DNA of 64,000 nt. Origin: an uncultured Rikenella sp. Its GTDB lineage: Bacteria; Bacteroidota; Bacteroidia; Bacteroidales; VadinHA17. This document shows, piece by piece, positions 35,700 to 44,526 of the stretch (its first letter is position 1; each line of letters opens with the position of its first letter). The notes beneath the pieces are model-generated. The model was not told the DNA's origin, did not search any database, and saw only the letters and a list, made by a program, of their open reading frames with translations. The stretch spans positions 59,848-123,847 of the forward strand of contig CAZHZC010000011.1 in NCBI GenBank assembly GCA_964537135.1, written 5' to 3'. The position numbers and the translations under genes were made by a program.

Positions 35700-36135
35700 A
35701 AACGGACTCTTCGGGCGGACCGGTGACCGACTCCACTATCCTGCTGCCATCGGCAGCCACGGTGATCAGCACTCTCACCGTGCCGGGGGGGAGCAGCGGC
35801 TCCAGCAGGCCGGGCCACTCGATGAGGCAGCGGAGGCCCGACTCAAGGTACTCATCTATACCGAAGTCAAGCGCCTCAGCGACGCTGTTGACCCTGTACA
35901 TATCAAGGTGGTAGAGAGGCTCGCCGTCAGGCAGGGCATACTCATTCACCAGGGTGAAGGTGGGGCTGGTGACGCTGCTGCTGACACCCATCTCATGGCA
36001 TAGTGCACTGATAAAGGTGGTCTTGCCCGACCCCATCCTGCCATAGAAGGCAAAAACGGTGCTCCCGTCGGTGGCCTTCAGGAACTGTCTGGCAGCATCA
36101 CCCAGGCTGCTCATGTCAGGGATAGTGATCTTCAC
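35683..36135 (-). CDS. tsaE: tRNA t6A37 biosynthesis ATPase TsaE
   Basis: Walker A GRMGSGKTT followed by SPTFTLVNEY. 150 aa. Confidence 0.9.
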   Translation of the reverse strand: MKITIPDMSSLGDAARQFLKATDGSTVFAFYGRMGSGKTTFISALCHEMGVSSSVTSPTFTLVNEYALPDGEPLYHLDMYRVNSVAEALDFGIDEYLESGLRCLIEWPGLLEPLLPPGTVRVLITVAADGSRIVESVTGPPEESVSAAPF

Positions 36136-36152
36136 ACGGTAAAAGTAACAAA

Positions 36153-37706
36153 TCAGACCGGTTCAAGGTACACCAGGGGGAGCAGCATCTCCTGCAGCGA
36201 GATGCCTCCGTGCTGAAAGGAGTCGCGGTAATAGGTGACCACCTGGTTGTAGTTGTTGGGGTAGACCAGGAAGTCACTGGCGCAGGCAAAGATATAGCGT
36301 GAGGTGATGTTGACGGCCGGCAGCCCGGCATCAGAGGGGTTGGTTATCTCAAACACCTCACGTGGGTTGTAGTCGAGGTTCCTGCCGCTCTTGTAACGCA
36401 GGTTCATGGAGGTGTGCCGGTCTCCTACCACCCTGACAGGCTTCTGTACCCGTACCGACCCGTGGTCGGTGGTGATCACCACCCGTGCGCCGCGGGCTGA
36501 GACCAGACGCAGCAGCTCCATCAGCGGTGAGTGAATAAACCAGGTGTGGGTGAGGGTGAGCCATGAGGCCTCATCACCGGTCATGTCACGTAACAGACCT
36601 ATCTCGGTGCGGGCATGGCTGAGCAGGTCGACGAAGTTGTAGACCAGCACGTTGAGATCATTGGCCATCAGCTGTGGCAGCCGCTCATTGAGTGTCCGCC
36701 CCTCACTGTCAGAGCTGATCTTGTGGTAGCTCCAGCGGCAGTCGACACCTGCCCGCAGCATGTTCTTGCCCATCAGCTTCTCCTCATTGAGGTTCTTACC
36801 CTCATCTTCATGCTCATCAACCCAGTACTCAGGCATCAGCTCACCGATGGCTGCCGGCATCAGTCCGGCAAAGAGCGCATTGCGCGAGTATTGTGTGGTG
36901 GTGGGCAGTATGCTCAGGTAGAGCTCCTCATCGACGGTGCGCATCACCTGTCTCAGGTCACCGGCGATGGTCTGCCACTGGTCGAGCCTCATGTTGTCAA
37001 TGAGGATAAAGAAGAGGGGTGACTCACGGCTTATCATGGGGAAGATACGCCTGGTCAGCAGTGCCGGTGACATGAGTGGTCGCTCATCTGCCCCGGAGGC
37101 TAACCATCTGAGGTAGCTGGAGGAGATATATCTGGCAAAGGCCCTGTTGGCGTCAGCCTCCTGTGAGCGCAGCACCTCACGCATGCCGGTGTCTGATGAT
37201 CTGATCAGCTCACCCTGCCAGAAGGTGAGGCGCCGGTAGAGGTCACACCACTCCTCAAAGGATGAGGCGGAGGAGATCATATCGGTGATCTGGCTGAACT
37301 CCTCCCTGAAGATGGTGGTGGTCTGGCGGGTGACGATCTCCTCCAGGTTGAGGATACGCTTCAGTGTAAGCAGTATCTGTCCCGGCTTGACCGGCTTGAT
37401 GAGATAGTCAGCTATCTGTGACCCTATGGCAGCATCCATGATATCCTCCTCTTCGCTCTTGGTGATCATGACCACCGGGATGGAGGGTCTGAGCGCCTTG
37501 ATACGGCGCAGTGTCTCAATACCGCTCAGGCCGGGCATATGCTCATCAAGGAAGATAATGTCATAGGGCCGCTCTCTCACCATGACAATGGCGTCATTGC
37601 CTGAGTGGCAGGTCTCGGTCACAAACCCTTTCTCGGTAAGGAAGAGGATATAGGGTTTGAGCACCCCGATCTCATCATCAACCCATAAGATTCGTATCTC
37701 CCTCAT
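36153..37706 (-). CDS. porX: response regulator with a PglZ/alkaline-phosphatase-like output domain (PorX-type, T9SS-associated)
   Basis: CheY receiver (ILWVDDE...IIFLDEHMPGLSG...K) plus a ~390 aa PglZ-like C-domain. 517 aa with tsaE downstream, as in other Bacteroidota. Confidence 0.8.
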   Translation of the reverse strand: MREIRILWVDDEIGVLKPYILFLTEKGFVTETCHSGNDAIVMVRERPYDIIFLDEHMPGLSGIETLRRIKALRPSIPVVMITKSEEEDIMDAAIGSQIADYLIKPVKPGQILLTLKRILNLEEIVTRQTTTIFREEFSQITDMISSASSFEEWCDLYRRLTFWQGELIRSSDTGMREVLRSQEADANRAFARYISSSYLRWLASGADERPLMSPALLTRRIFPMISRESPLFFILIDNMRLDQWQTIAGDLRQVMRTVDEELYLSILPTTTQYSRNALFAGLMPAAIGELMPEYWVDEHEDEGKNLNEEKLMGKNMLRAGVDCRWSYHKISSDSEGRTLNERLPQLMANDLNVLVYNFVDLLSHARTEIGLLRDMTGDEASWLTLTHTWFIHSPLMELLRLVSARGARVVITTDHGSVRVQKPVRVVGDRHTSMNLRYKSGRNLDYNPREVFEITNPSDAGLPAVNITSRYIFACASDFLVYPNNYNQVVTYYRDSFQHGGISLQEMLLPLVYLEPV

Positions 37707-37723
37707 TTACTGTTTAAATAATG

Positions 37724-40411
37724 CTACTGGCCTGAATAGACCTTTGTATGAAAGATAATATATCTCTCCGGATTTTTATCTTCCCTCAATGTTTTAAGGT
37801 TATCACTGCTTATCAGCATGACGGCGGGTGCTCCCTTTTCGGCCTCCCTGATGGTGGCTGCCACGTTGAACTGTGCCATCCACGCTGCCGCCTCTGCAGC
37901 CCCGGCGAAGGGACCGGTGGCTATGAGCAGTCGCCCCGGCAGGAGGCTCTCACCTTCGGTGTTGTAGCTCTCCTGCGGGTGGTGGTCAAGGTTGTAGCTG
38001 ATAACGTCAAACACCGCCTGGTTGAGGTAGGCGGCATCACCCGACAGCACGATGATCACATAGTGTGTCTGCATGGTGTCGGCATTGTATATCTCTTCTG
38101 CTATGCGGCTCTCCTCTGCCACCCTTATCTCAGGCTTTTCACGTCTCAGGAACTCGATTATGCCGGCTGCCCTCTTCCCCTCATCAGTGTCGGGGTACCG
38201 GGCCAGCAGTGTGTCAAGCTTCGCCTTGTAGATCATCTCACCCTCCAGTGCGCCGCTGGCCAGGGCATTGAGCAGCATAAAGCGGGGGGTCAGCTCATCA
38301 TCGGGCATCTGGCTGGTCACCTCATCACATATAGCTATCACCTCGTCATACCTCTCTTCGGTGAAGGCCTGATAGGCAGCGTCATACCTGCGTGCCGCCC
38401 GGGCAGAGAGATCCCTGTGACGGTTGACATAGTCGGGGTCAGAGAGTATCAGCGCATACTCGGTGGCCGGATAGCGCATGAGCAGCTCAGCACGGTCTCT
38501 CTCTGCCGCAGCGGGGTCACGGTGTCTCTGCAGGCGGTAGAGCTCATAGAGCGCCTCAGCCCTGACACCCGCCTCTCCCTCGCTGCGGGCTGCCTCGCGT
38601 AGTGAGTGGAGCGCCGCAACAGTATCATTGAGGCGTGAGGCCAGCACCTGCCCCTCACCCAGTAGTGCACCGGTACTACGCCTGACGGAGGCCTCCATCA
38701 GTGAGTCGGTCAGCGGCAGGTTACGGAGGTAGTACTCTTTGGAGCGCTCCGGCGCCACACCGGCACTGTCACTCTCCCTGCTCTCTGCCGTAGCATCATA
38801 CATGGTTCCGGGGGTAAAGGCTGACCGGGTCTTGTTGGCCCTCCGCCAGTTATCCTCCAGCCGCCGCTCGCCCCAGCGGCGCCTGAACTCGGTACGTCCG
38901 AAGGTGAGGGCTGCCTGGTTGTAGAAGTACCACCCACCCTCAGCAGCTATCGCCCCGCGGTAGCGCTGCTCATTCTCATAGTAGAGGCCCATATTGTAAC
39001 GGTCACTGCCATCACCCGCCCTCTCACGCGCCTGCTCCTCCTCATGGCTCCGTATCAGTCCGGCAATAAAGGCATCACGGTCGGCACTGCTCATTGATGC
39101 TATACGGCGCAGGCTGTCTTCGGTGACCACCACGGTGTGGTACCCTGCATACTCACCCAGGGCATCGGCACGGCGACTGATATTGTCATAGTCGGCAAGG
39201 GTATTGTCTATCAGGTAGGAGGCACTGTCATAGTAGTGCCATGACCTCATATAGTCAGGCAGGCTGTAGTAGTGCTGTGCCATGGCGAGGTAGGCACGTG
39301 CCTTCTGGCGGCTGTTGAGGGTGCTGCTGGCGGCTGACTGTGACCATAGCCTAAGGGCCTCATCAATATTGCCGGTACGGTGTGCCAGCTCACCCAGTGC
39401 ATAATAGATCTGATCAAGGTAATCTTTGTTACGGGGGTCACGAAGCATCTTGTTGAGTGCCCTGGTGAGCTCACCCACGTCGCCGTGTGACAGGTCGGCA
39501 ACCCCCGCCAGGTTGATGCTGGCATTGAACTCAAGGTCATAGGGTGGATTCATTCTGCGTACCTGCCTGAAGTAGCGGGTAGAGAGCTCATTGTCACCGG
39601 CAGCCCTGCATGTCTGTGCCAGCAGGTAGGTGAGGCGCACCTTCACCTTATTGCCGCTGCTGTTGCCTATCGCCTCTATGAGGGGCTCCACAGCCTCCCC
39701 ATACCTCTTCTGTCTGAGCAGCACGTCGGCCCTGGTAGAGTGATACATAGCTGCCAGGCTGCTGCTGCCGGGCAGGCTGATCTCATTTAGCTGACGGAGT
39801 GCCTCACTGTAGTTGCCCTCTTCGGTCTGTATGCGCGCCAGCCATATGGCAGCCTCAGTGGCCAGTCCGCTCTCGGTGGTGATGCTGATGGCGAAGGAGA
39901 GTGATGAACGGGCTGCCATAAAATTCTTCTGATAGAACTGCGCCTTGCCCAGCAGCAGCCATGAGTCATCAACCCACTCATTGTATTCACGCCGGTTATA
40001 AAACCTGTCATCACGGCTGGCTGTCCTGCGACGATCCTTCTCTTCGGGCTTGGCAGTGATGGAGTAGAGTGATATAACCTTGGAGGCTTTCTGTGCTGCA
40101 CGCTCCATATCTGAGGAGGCGGCACGTGCCGACCCGGCCACTGAGTACTCAAAGAGGGGGAGCAGCTCACTGTAGTCATCACGGTGTGATGAGATGATCT
40201 TCTTCACCCCCGCCTTATAGGCCTCATTGCCATTGAACCAGATATTGTATTTTGAGATGAGTGAATGATAGAAACGGCTCGCCGCGGTGTTCTTCTCGGC
40301 AGAACACCCGGCAAGGAGCATGGCAGCGATGATGATCACCACTACGCTATTTACACAATGCCGTAATCTCAACAGGTATGGTTTATACTCTATATAACTG
40401 ATGAGCCGCAA
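37724..40411 (-). CDS. large TPR-repeat lipoprotein, possibly SprE/PorW-like
   Basis: Lipobox MLLAGCSAEKN followed by FYHSLISKYNIWFNGNEAY and multiple TPR-like repeats. The track start is a TTG. An in-frame TTG at 40372 gives a cleaner signal peptide (MRLRHCVNSVVVIIIAAMLLAGC). The SprE/PorW assignment is from memory of the family, not a search. Confidence 0.5.
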   Translation of the reverse strand: MRLISYIEYKPYLLRLRHCVNSVVVIIIAAMLLAGCSAEKNTAASRFYHSLISKYNIWFNGNEAYKAGVKKIISSHRDDYSELLPLFEYSVAGSARAASSDMERAAQKASKVISLYSITAKPEEKDRRRTASRDDRFYNRREYNEWVDDSWLLLGKAQFYQKNFMAARSSLSFAISITTESGLATEAAIWLARIQTEEGNYSEALRQLNEISLPGSSSLAAMYHSTRADVLLRQKRYGEAVEPLIEAIGNSSGNKVKVRLTYLLAQTCRAAGDNELSTRYFRQVRRMNPPYDLEFNASINLAGVADLSHGDVGELTRALNKMLRDPRNKDYLDQIYYALGELAHRTGNIDEALRLWSQSAASSTLNSRQKARAYLAMAQHYYSLPDYMRSWHYYDSASYLIDNTLADYDNISRRADALGEYAGYHTVVVTEDSLRRIASMSSADRDAFIAGLIRSHEEEQARERAGDGSDRYNMGLYYENEQRYRGAIAAEGGWYFYNQAALTFGRTEFRRRWGERRLEDNWRRANKTRSAFTPGTMYDATAESRESDSAGVAPERSKEYYLRNLPLTDSLMEASVRRSTGALLGEGQVLASRLNDTVAALHSLREAARSEGEAGVRAEALYELYRLQRHRDPAAAERDRAELLMRYPATEYALILSDPDYVNRHRDLSARAARRYDAAYQAFTEERYDEVIAICDEVTSQMPDDELTPRFMLLNALASGALEGEMIYKAKLDTLLARYPDTDEGKRAAGIIEFLRREKPEIRVAEESRIAEEIYNADTMQTHYVIIVLSGDAAYLNQAVFDVISYNLDHHPQESYNTEGESLLPGRLLIATGPFAGAAEAAAWMAQFNVAATIREAEKGAPAVMLISSDNLKTLREDKNPERYIIFHTKVYSGQ

Positions 40412-40438
40412 TAAAAGTATCCGGCTGCATTATGACTA

Positions 40439-41551
40439 TCATTTCACCTCAACCCTCTTTGTAGGTGCCATCTCGCGGTTACGCCTCTCCACCTGTTCCA
40501 CCACCTTCTCTGCCAGCCTCCTGAACGCATCGCCGGTGATGCTCTTCTCCAGTGCTACCGGCCTGCCGCTGTCGCCCCCGTCGCAGATCGCCTCCACAAT
40601 AGGTATCTGTCCGAGCAGCTCGGTGCCGCTCTCTCTGGCCAGCCTGCTACCGCCCTCTTTTCCGAATATATAGTACTTTTTGCCGGGCAGCTCAGGCGCC
40701 TCAAAGTGTGACATATTCTCTACCAGTCCCAGCACAGGCACGTTTACCGACTCGCTGCGGAACATGGCTATCCCCTTACGCGCGTCGGCCAGCGCCACCT
40801 CCTGCGGTGTTGTCACCACTATCGCTCCTGTCACCGGCACCTCCTGCACCAGGGTAAGGTGTATGTCGCTTGTTCCGGGAGGCAGGTCGAAGATGAGGTA
40901 GTCAAGCTCACCCCAGTCGCCCTGTCCTATCAGCTGCTTCAGGAAGCTGCTGGCCATCGGTCCGCGCCATATGACCGCATCGGAGTCTTTGACAAAAAAC
41001 CCTATTGAGAGTATCCTGACGCCATACTTCTCCATCGGTATGATCATGTCGGTGCCCCCCTCGCTCTTCACCCGGGGCTGGTAGCCGCCGGCATCAAACA
41101 TACGTGGTACCGAGGGACCAAATATGTCAGCATCAAGCAGCCCGGTGGCATAGCCCATTTTTGCCAGTGACACCGCCAGGTTGACCGCTACGGTCGATTT
41201 GCCCACGCCGCCCTTGCCTGACGAGACAGCTACGATGTTCTTCACCCCCGGCAGTACCTCACGCTTAGGCTGCGCCATCTTCTCAACCTCAATGCGGGGT
41301 TTCACCTCGATGGATGATACGACGGTGTCAGCTCCGAGCGACTCCTTTATCTCCCGCACACAGCTGCTCCTGATAGAGTTGAGGAAGGGGTCATTTGACC
41401 TCTCCGGTATAAGCACTATGGAGATCCCGTCACTGTCAGCAGTTATCTCACCTACCATTCCCAGGGTGACGATGTCACTACCCTTTTCCGGGTGTATCAC
41501 CTTTCTCAGTGCGCTGAGAACCTGTTCTTTTATACTCATTTCCTTTTTCAT
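40439..41551 (-). CDS. Mrp/NBP35 (ApbC) family Fe-S cluster carrier ATPase
   Basis: N-terminal DUF59-like domain and deviant Walker A SGKGGVGKST. 370 aa. Confidence 0.9.
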   Translation of the reverse strand: MKKEMSIKEQVLSALRKVIHPEKGSDIVTLGMVGEITADSDGISIVLIPERSNDPFLNSIRSSCVREIKESLGADTVVSSIEVKPRIEVEKMAQPKREVLPGVKNIVAVSSGKGGVGKSTVAVNLAVSLAKMGYATGLLDADIFGPSVPRMFDAGGYQPRVKSEGGTDMIIPMEKYGVRILSIGFFVKDSDAVIWRGPMASSFLKQLIGQGDWGELDYLIFDLPPGTSDIHLTLVQEVPVTGAIVVTTPQEVALADARKGIAMFRSESVNVPVLGLVENMSHFEAPELPGKKYYIFGKEGGSRLARESGTELLGQIPIVEAICDGGDSGRPVALEKSITGDAFRRLAEKVVEQVERRNREMAPTKRVEVK

Positions 41552-41595
41552 TATGATTGTTTTTTGCCGCCTGCTCGTGTAACATAGCCGGCAGC

Positions 41596-42006
41596 CTATA
41601 GTTCAACAGACGGGTCCCAGAAGAGCTCCGCGAAGTGAGCCACCCGGTCACCCTCAATGGTTATCCCTTCGTTCTCAAGCAGCTGCTGCATGGTGTTGGA
41701 GGTGCCGAAGTGGCGCTTGCCGGTGAGCATGCCGTTGCGGTTTACCACGCGGTGTGCCGGCACAAAGCCGCGGCTGTGGTCTGAGGTGTTGAGTGCCCAT
41801 CCCACCATGCGGGCCGAGCGTCCCGTACCGAGGTAACGTGCTATGGCGCCGTAGGAGGTCACCCTCCCATACGGTATCAGCCTGGTCACCTCATAGACGC
41901 GGCTGAAGAAGCTGCTGACACCCTGGCTCTCATGCTCTTCCCCGGGTGAGGGCGCCCTGCCCTGCCGCCGCCCCTCACTCTTCCGGGCTGATGATCTCCC
42001 TGTCAT
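41596..42006 (-). CDS. MGMT-family DNA-binding protein lacking the acceptor cysteine (alkyltransferase-like, ATL type)
   Basis: YGRVTSYGAIARYLG...VPAHRVVNRNG has Ala where MGMT has Cys in PCHRV. The only in-frame starts (42006, 42042) overlap the trmB 3' end. Confidence 0.7.
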   Translation of the reverse strand: MTGRSSARKSEGRRQGRAPSPGEEHESQGVSSFFSRVYEVTRLIPYGRVTSYGAIARYLGTGRSARMVGWALNTSDHSRGFVPAHRVVNRNGMLTGKRHFGTSNTMQQLLENEGITIEGDRVAHFAELFWDPSVEL

Positions 42007-42673
42007 GGGGCAGTCTGAATGAGAGGTAGGTAATAGGAACACTCCTGTTCAGGAAGAGCTCCTCATAGTAGGTTCTGATGGAGAGCATCGGGTCATCGGG
42101 CATCTCACGGTAGAGATCGGTCACTGAGGTGATTATCTCCAGCCCGTTGCGCTCTGCCACAGCAAGCGTATAGTCATACAGCTCACGACAGTCGCTCTTG
42201 AGGTGTATGATGCCGTTATGTCTGAGGTATTGCCGGTAGAGGTTGAGGAAGGCGGGGCCTGAGAGCCTCTTCTTCTCCCTCTTTCTCTTTAGCTGCGGGT
42301 CAGGGAAGGTGAGCCATATCTCCTCTATCTCATCCCTGACAAAGAAGGAGCCGGTAAATTCAATACGGGTACGCAGGAAGGCAGCATTGGTGAGACCCAG
42401 CAGATGGGCCTCGCGGGCACCACGCCACATACGGGCACCCTTGATGTCGATCCCGATGATATTCCTGTCGGGGTAGCGACGTGCCAGCGCGACAGTATAC
42501 TCACCCTTGCCGCACCCCAGCTCAAGGGTGATAGGGTTGGCGTTGCCAAACCACTGGCTGTGCCACCTCCCCTTCAGCCTGTGGTCAAGCCTGAACACCT
42601 CACTGAAGGAGGGCTCGATAACATTGTCGAGCTCCTTCATCTCAGCCCACCGTGCATGTTTCTTTTTGACCAA
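41975..42673 (-). CDS. trmB: tRNA (guanine46-N7)-methyltransferase
   Basis: SAM motif LELGCGKGEY and FPDPQLKRKREKKRL. 232 aa. Confidence 0.9.
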   Translation of the reverse strand: MVKKKHARWAEMKELDNVIEPSFSEVFRLDHRLKGRWHSQWFGNANPITLELGCGKGEYTVALARRYPDRNIIGIDIKGARMWRGAREAHLLGLTNAAFLRTRIEFTGSFFVRDEIEEIWLTFPDPQLKRKREKKRLSGPAFLNLYRQYLRHNGIIHLKSDCRELYDYTLAVAERNGLEIITSVTDLYREMPDDPMLSIRTYYEELFLNRSVPITYLSFRLPHDREIISPEE

Positions 42674-42682
42674 GAGCAGATA

Positions 42683-43174
42683 CTATTTTGCCTTCTCCCT
42701 TACCCGGGTGATCTTTATACCCAGATCATTGACGCCCCTCAGCAGGGTGTCTCTCATACCGTGTACCACTGTGAGATGGTACTCACCCCCCTCAGGAAAC
42801 CACACATTTGACTTGTAAGGTATTGTGAGCTCACGAAGGTCACCCGCCCCTCTGCCGAGCCACCTCCCCTTCTCATCGGCCACCCTGGCATGAAGCGTAT
42901 CAGTGATGGTGTAGCCTGAGGGGAAGTCGGTCACCAGGAAGAGGTATATGTTACGGTAAGGATAGTCTGAGGTGGTGCGCAGTGACAGGCCCACATTCCA
43001 TGTCTGCAGCGTATCTTCAATGGTAAAGGTGAACTGTGCCGGGTCATACATGCTCCAACGACCCCTGTCGGGCGCAAAGTTACCCGCATACTGTATGTTG
43101 CGGTCACATGACGTGAGAATGACGGCAGCCATCAGCCACAGCAGCAGTGCCGGTCTATCTTGTTCTCCTTTCAT
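42683..43174 (-). CDS. gldH: gliding-motility/T9SS lipoprotein GldH
   Basis: The internal start MKGEQ... gives the lipobox VILTSCD and a ~163 aa product typical of GldH. The longer track ORF overlaps the upstream PSP1 gene by 212 nt. The holB-PSP1-gldH order is conserved in Bacteroidota. Confidence 0.7.
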   Translation of the reverse strand: MKGEQDRPALLLWLMAAVILTSCDRNIQYAGNFAPDRGRWSMYDPAQFTFTIEDTLQTWNVGLSLRTTSDYPYRNIYLFLVTDFPSGYTITDTLHARVADEKGRWLGRGAGDLRELTIPYKSNVWFPEGGEYHLTVVHGMRDTLLRGVNDLGIKITRVREKAK

Positions 43175-44303
43175 TTCTCTTATGGTATGTGCGGCGTCGT
43201 CCTCTGTTCTCGCGTCCCTTCGGCTGGCTCCTGCTGTCAAACCGTGCCAGTCCGCTGTTTTGTAGCAGCAGGTCACTGCTCTTCTCGGTGCGGCCTCCCT
43301 CCCTGGTATCCAGCAGGCTCTCAGGCTTGACACCCTTGCGGTTGAGGCGTATGATCTCCCAGACACGTGCTACCGGCACCGGGGTGAGGTTGACCGCCAG
43401 CCGCGGGTCGGATGAGTACCAGAAGAGGCCTGAGTGTACCTCGCTCTTGATGCAATAGGCGGTGCCGTCAGCCAGCTCAAGAGGGAGCTCCTTGGGCGGA
43501 AACTCTCTCTGTAGATCGATATAGCAGTCAAGCTCATAGTTGAGGCAGCACTTCAGCTTGCCACACTGGCCCGCCAGCTTCTGCGGGTTGAGCGACAGAT
43601 CCTGGTAGCGGGCGTGTGTGGTGGTGACCGATACAAAATTGGTGATATGTGTTGAGCAGCATAGCTCCCTGCCGCAGGTACCTATCCCTCCTATACGGCC
43701 AGCCTCCTGCCGGGCTCCTATCTGCCTCATCTCTATGCGTATACGAAACTCATCGGCCAGCTCCCTGATCAGCTGCCTGAAGTCAACCCTCTCATCAGCC
43801 AGGTAGTAGAAGATAGCCTTGGTCTTGTCACCCTGGTACTCCACATCACCTATCTTCATTGAGAGGCCCAGGCTCTCTGCTATCTTCCTTGAGCGCAGCA
43901 TGGTTGACTCCTCAAGGCTCTTCGCCTCTTCCCACTTCTCTATGTCTACCGTCCGTGCCTTACGGTACACCTTCTTCAGCTCATCGATGACGGGCCTTAT
44001 CTTCAGCTTGCCCAGCTGCTGGTTGACCAGGTAGCCGGTCATTGATACATAGCCGATGTCATGCCCCGGAGAGGCCTCCACGGCCACCAGGTCATCAACC
44101 TCCAGATGGAGCCGGTTTATATTGCGGTAGAACCCTTTGCGGGTATTCTTGAAGCGTACCTCAATGACCTCATTGTGTCGTTCATCAAAGGGGATATCTG
44201 CAAGCCAGTTGAACTCATTCAGCTTGTGTGCCCCTATTTTGTATTTTATTTCAGGTCTGGCCGGTTCATTACCCGGTACAACCTCTGTATCTTCGTTTAT
44301 CAT
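43155..44303 (-). CDS. PSP1 domain protein (RicT/YaaT-like)
   Basis: Cys cluster GTCGRELCCSTH...CGKLKCCLNYE of the PSP1 C-terminal domain, with an Arg-rich tail. Sits downstream of holB. Confidence 0.85.
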   Translation of the reverse strand: MINEDTEVVPGNEPARPEIKYKIGAHKLNEFNWLADIPFDERHNEVIEVRFKNTRKGFYRNINRLHLEVDDLVAVEASPGHDIGYVSMTGYLVNQQLGKLKIRPVIDELKKVYRKARTVDIEKWEEAKSLEESTMLRSRKIAESLGLSMKIGDVEYQGDKTKAIFYYLADERVDFRQLIRELADEFRIRIEMRQIGARQEAGRIGGIGTCGRELCCSTHITNFVSVTTTHARYQDLSLNPQKLAGQCGKLKCCLNYELDCYIDLQREFPPKELPLELADGTAYCIKSEVHSGLFWYSSDPRLAVNLTPVPVARVWEIIRLNRKGVKPESLLDTREGGRTEKSSDLLLQNSGLARFDSRSQPKGRENRGRRRTYHKRNERRTR

Positions 44304-44364
44304 TATTACACAGTTGCACCTGTCAGCGTAGCGGGTGAATTCCTCACTGCTGTCAGGCTGAGTG

Positions 44365-44372
44365 CAAAATTA
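44365..44372 (-). promoter_or_regulatory. -7 promoter box TAATTTTG upstream of the PSP1 gene
   Basis: Exact TAnnTTTG on the minus strand, 62 nt upstream of the ATG at 44303. Confidence 0.4.
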
Positions 44373-44427
44373 GGAATAAAAGAGCCATTGTCAAGAGGCT
44401 TTTTGGAGTTATCTGATTAGCCGTATG

Positions 44428-44526
44428 CTCTTCAGGGCAGGAATGGTTGCTTTCTCTTCAGGGCAGGAATGGTTTCTTTCTCATCGGGGTATGATCAGCC
44501 GCATGGTCTTCAGGGCAAGGTCAAGG
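44428..44526. repeat. 26-nt periodic repeat (ctcttcagggcaggaatggtt) spanning the holB stop codon
   Basis: Identical 21-mers at 44428-44448 and 44454-44474. A degenerate copy sits across the stop at ~44480-44500, and a related copy (gtcttcagggcaaggtcaagg) lies at 44506-44526 inside holB. Confidence 0.75.

Noticed and set aside
37748-38602. 284-aa plus-strand ORF opposite the TPR lipoprotein gene
   Set aside because: An antisense shadow ORF. The minus-strand product has a lipoprotein signal and TPR-like repeats, while the plus-strand product has no recognisable features.
43175-43366. 64-codon N-terminal extension of the gldH ORF
   Set aside because: It overlaps the 3' end of the PSP1 gene in another frame and is Arg/Ala-rich. 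The internal Met gives a canonical lipoprotein signal peptide and the usual GldH length.
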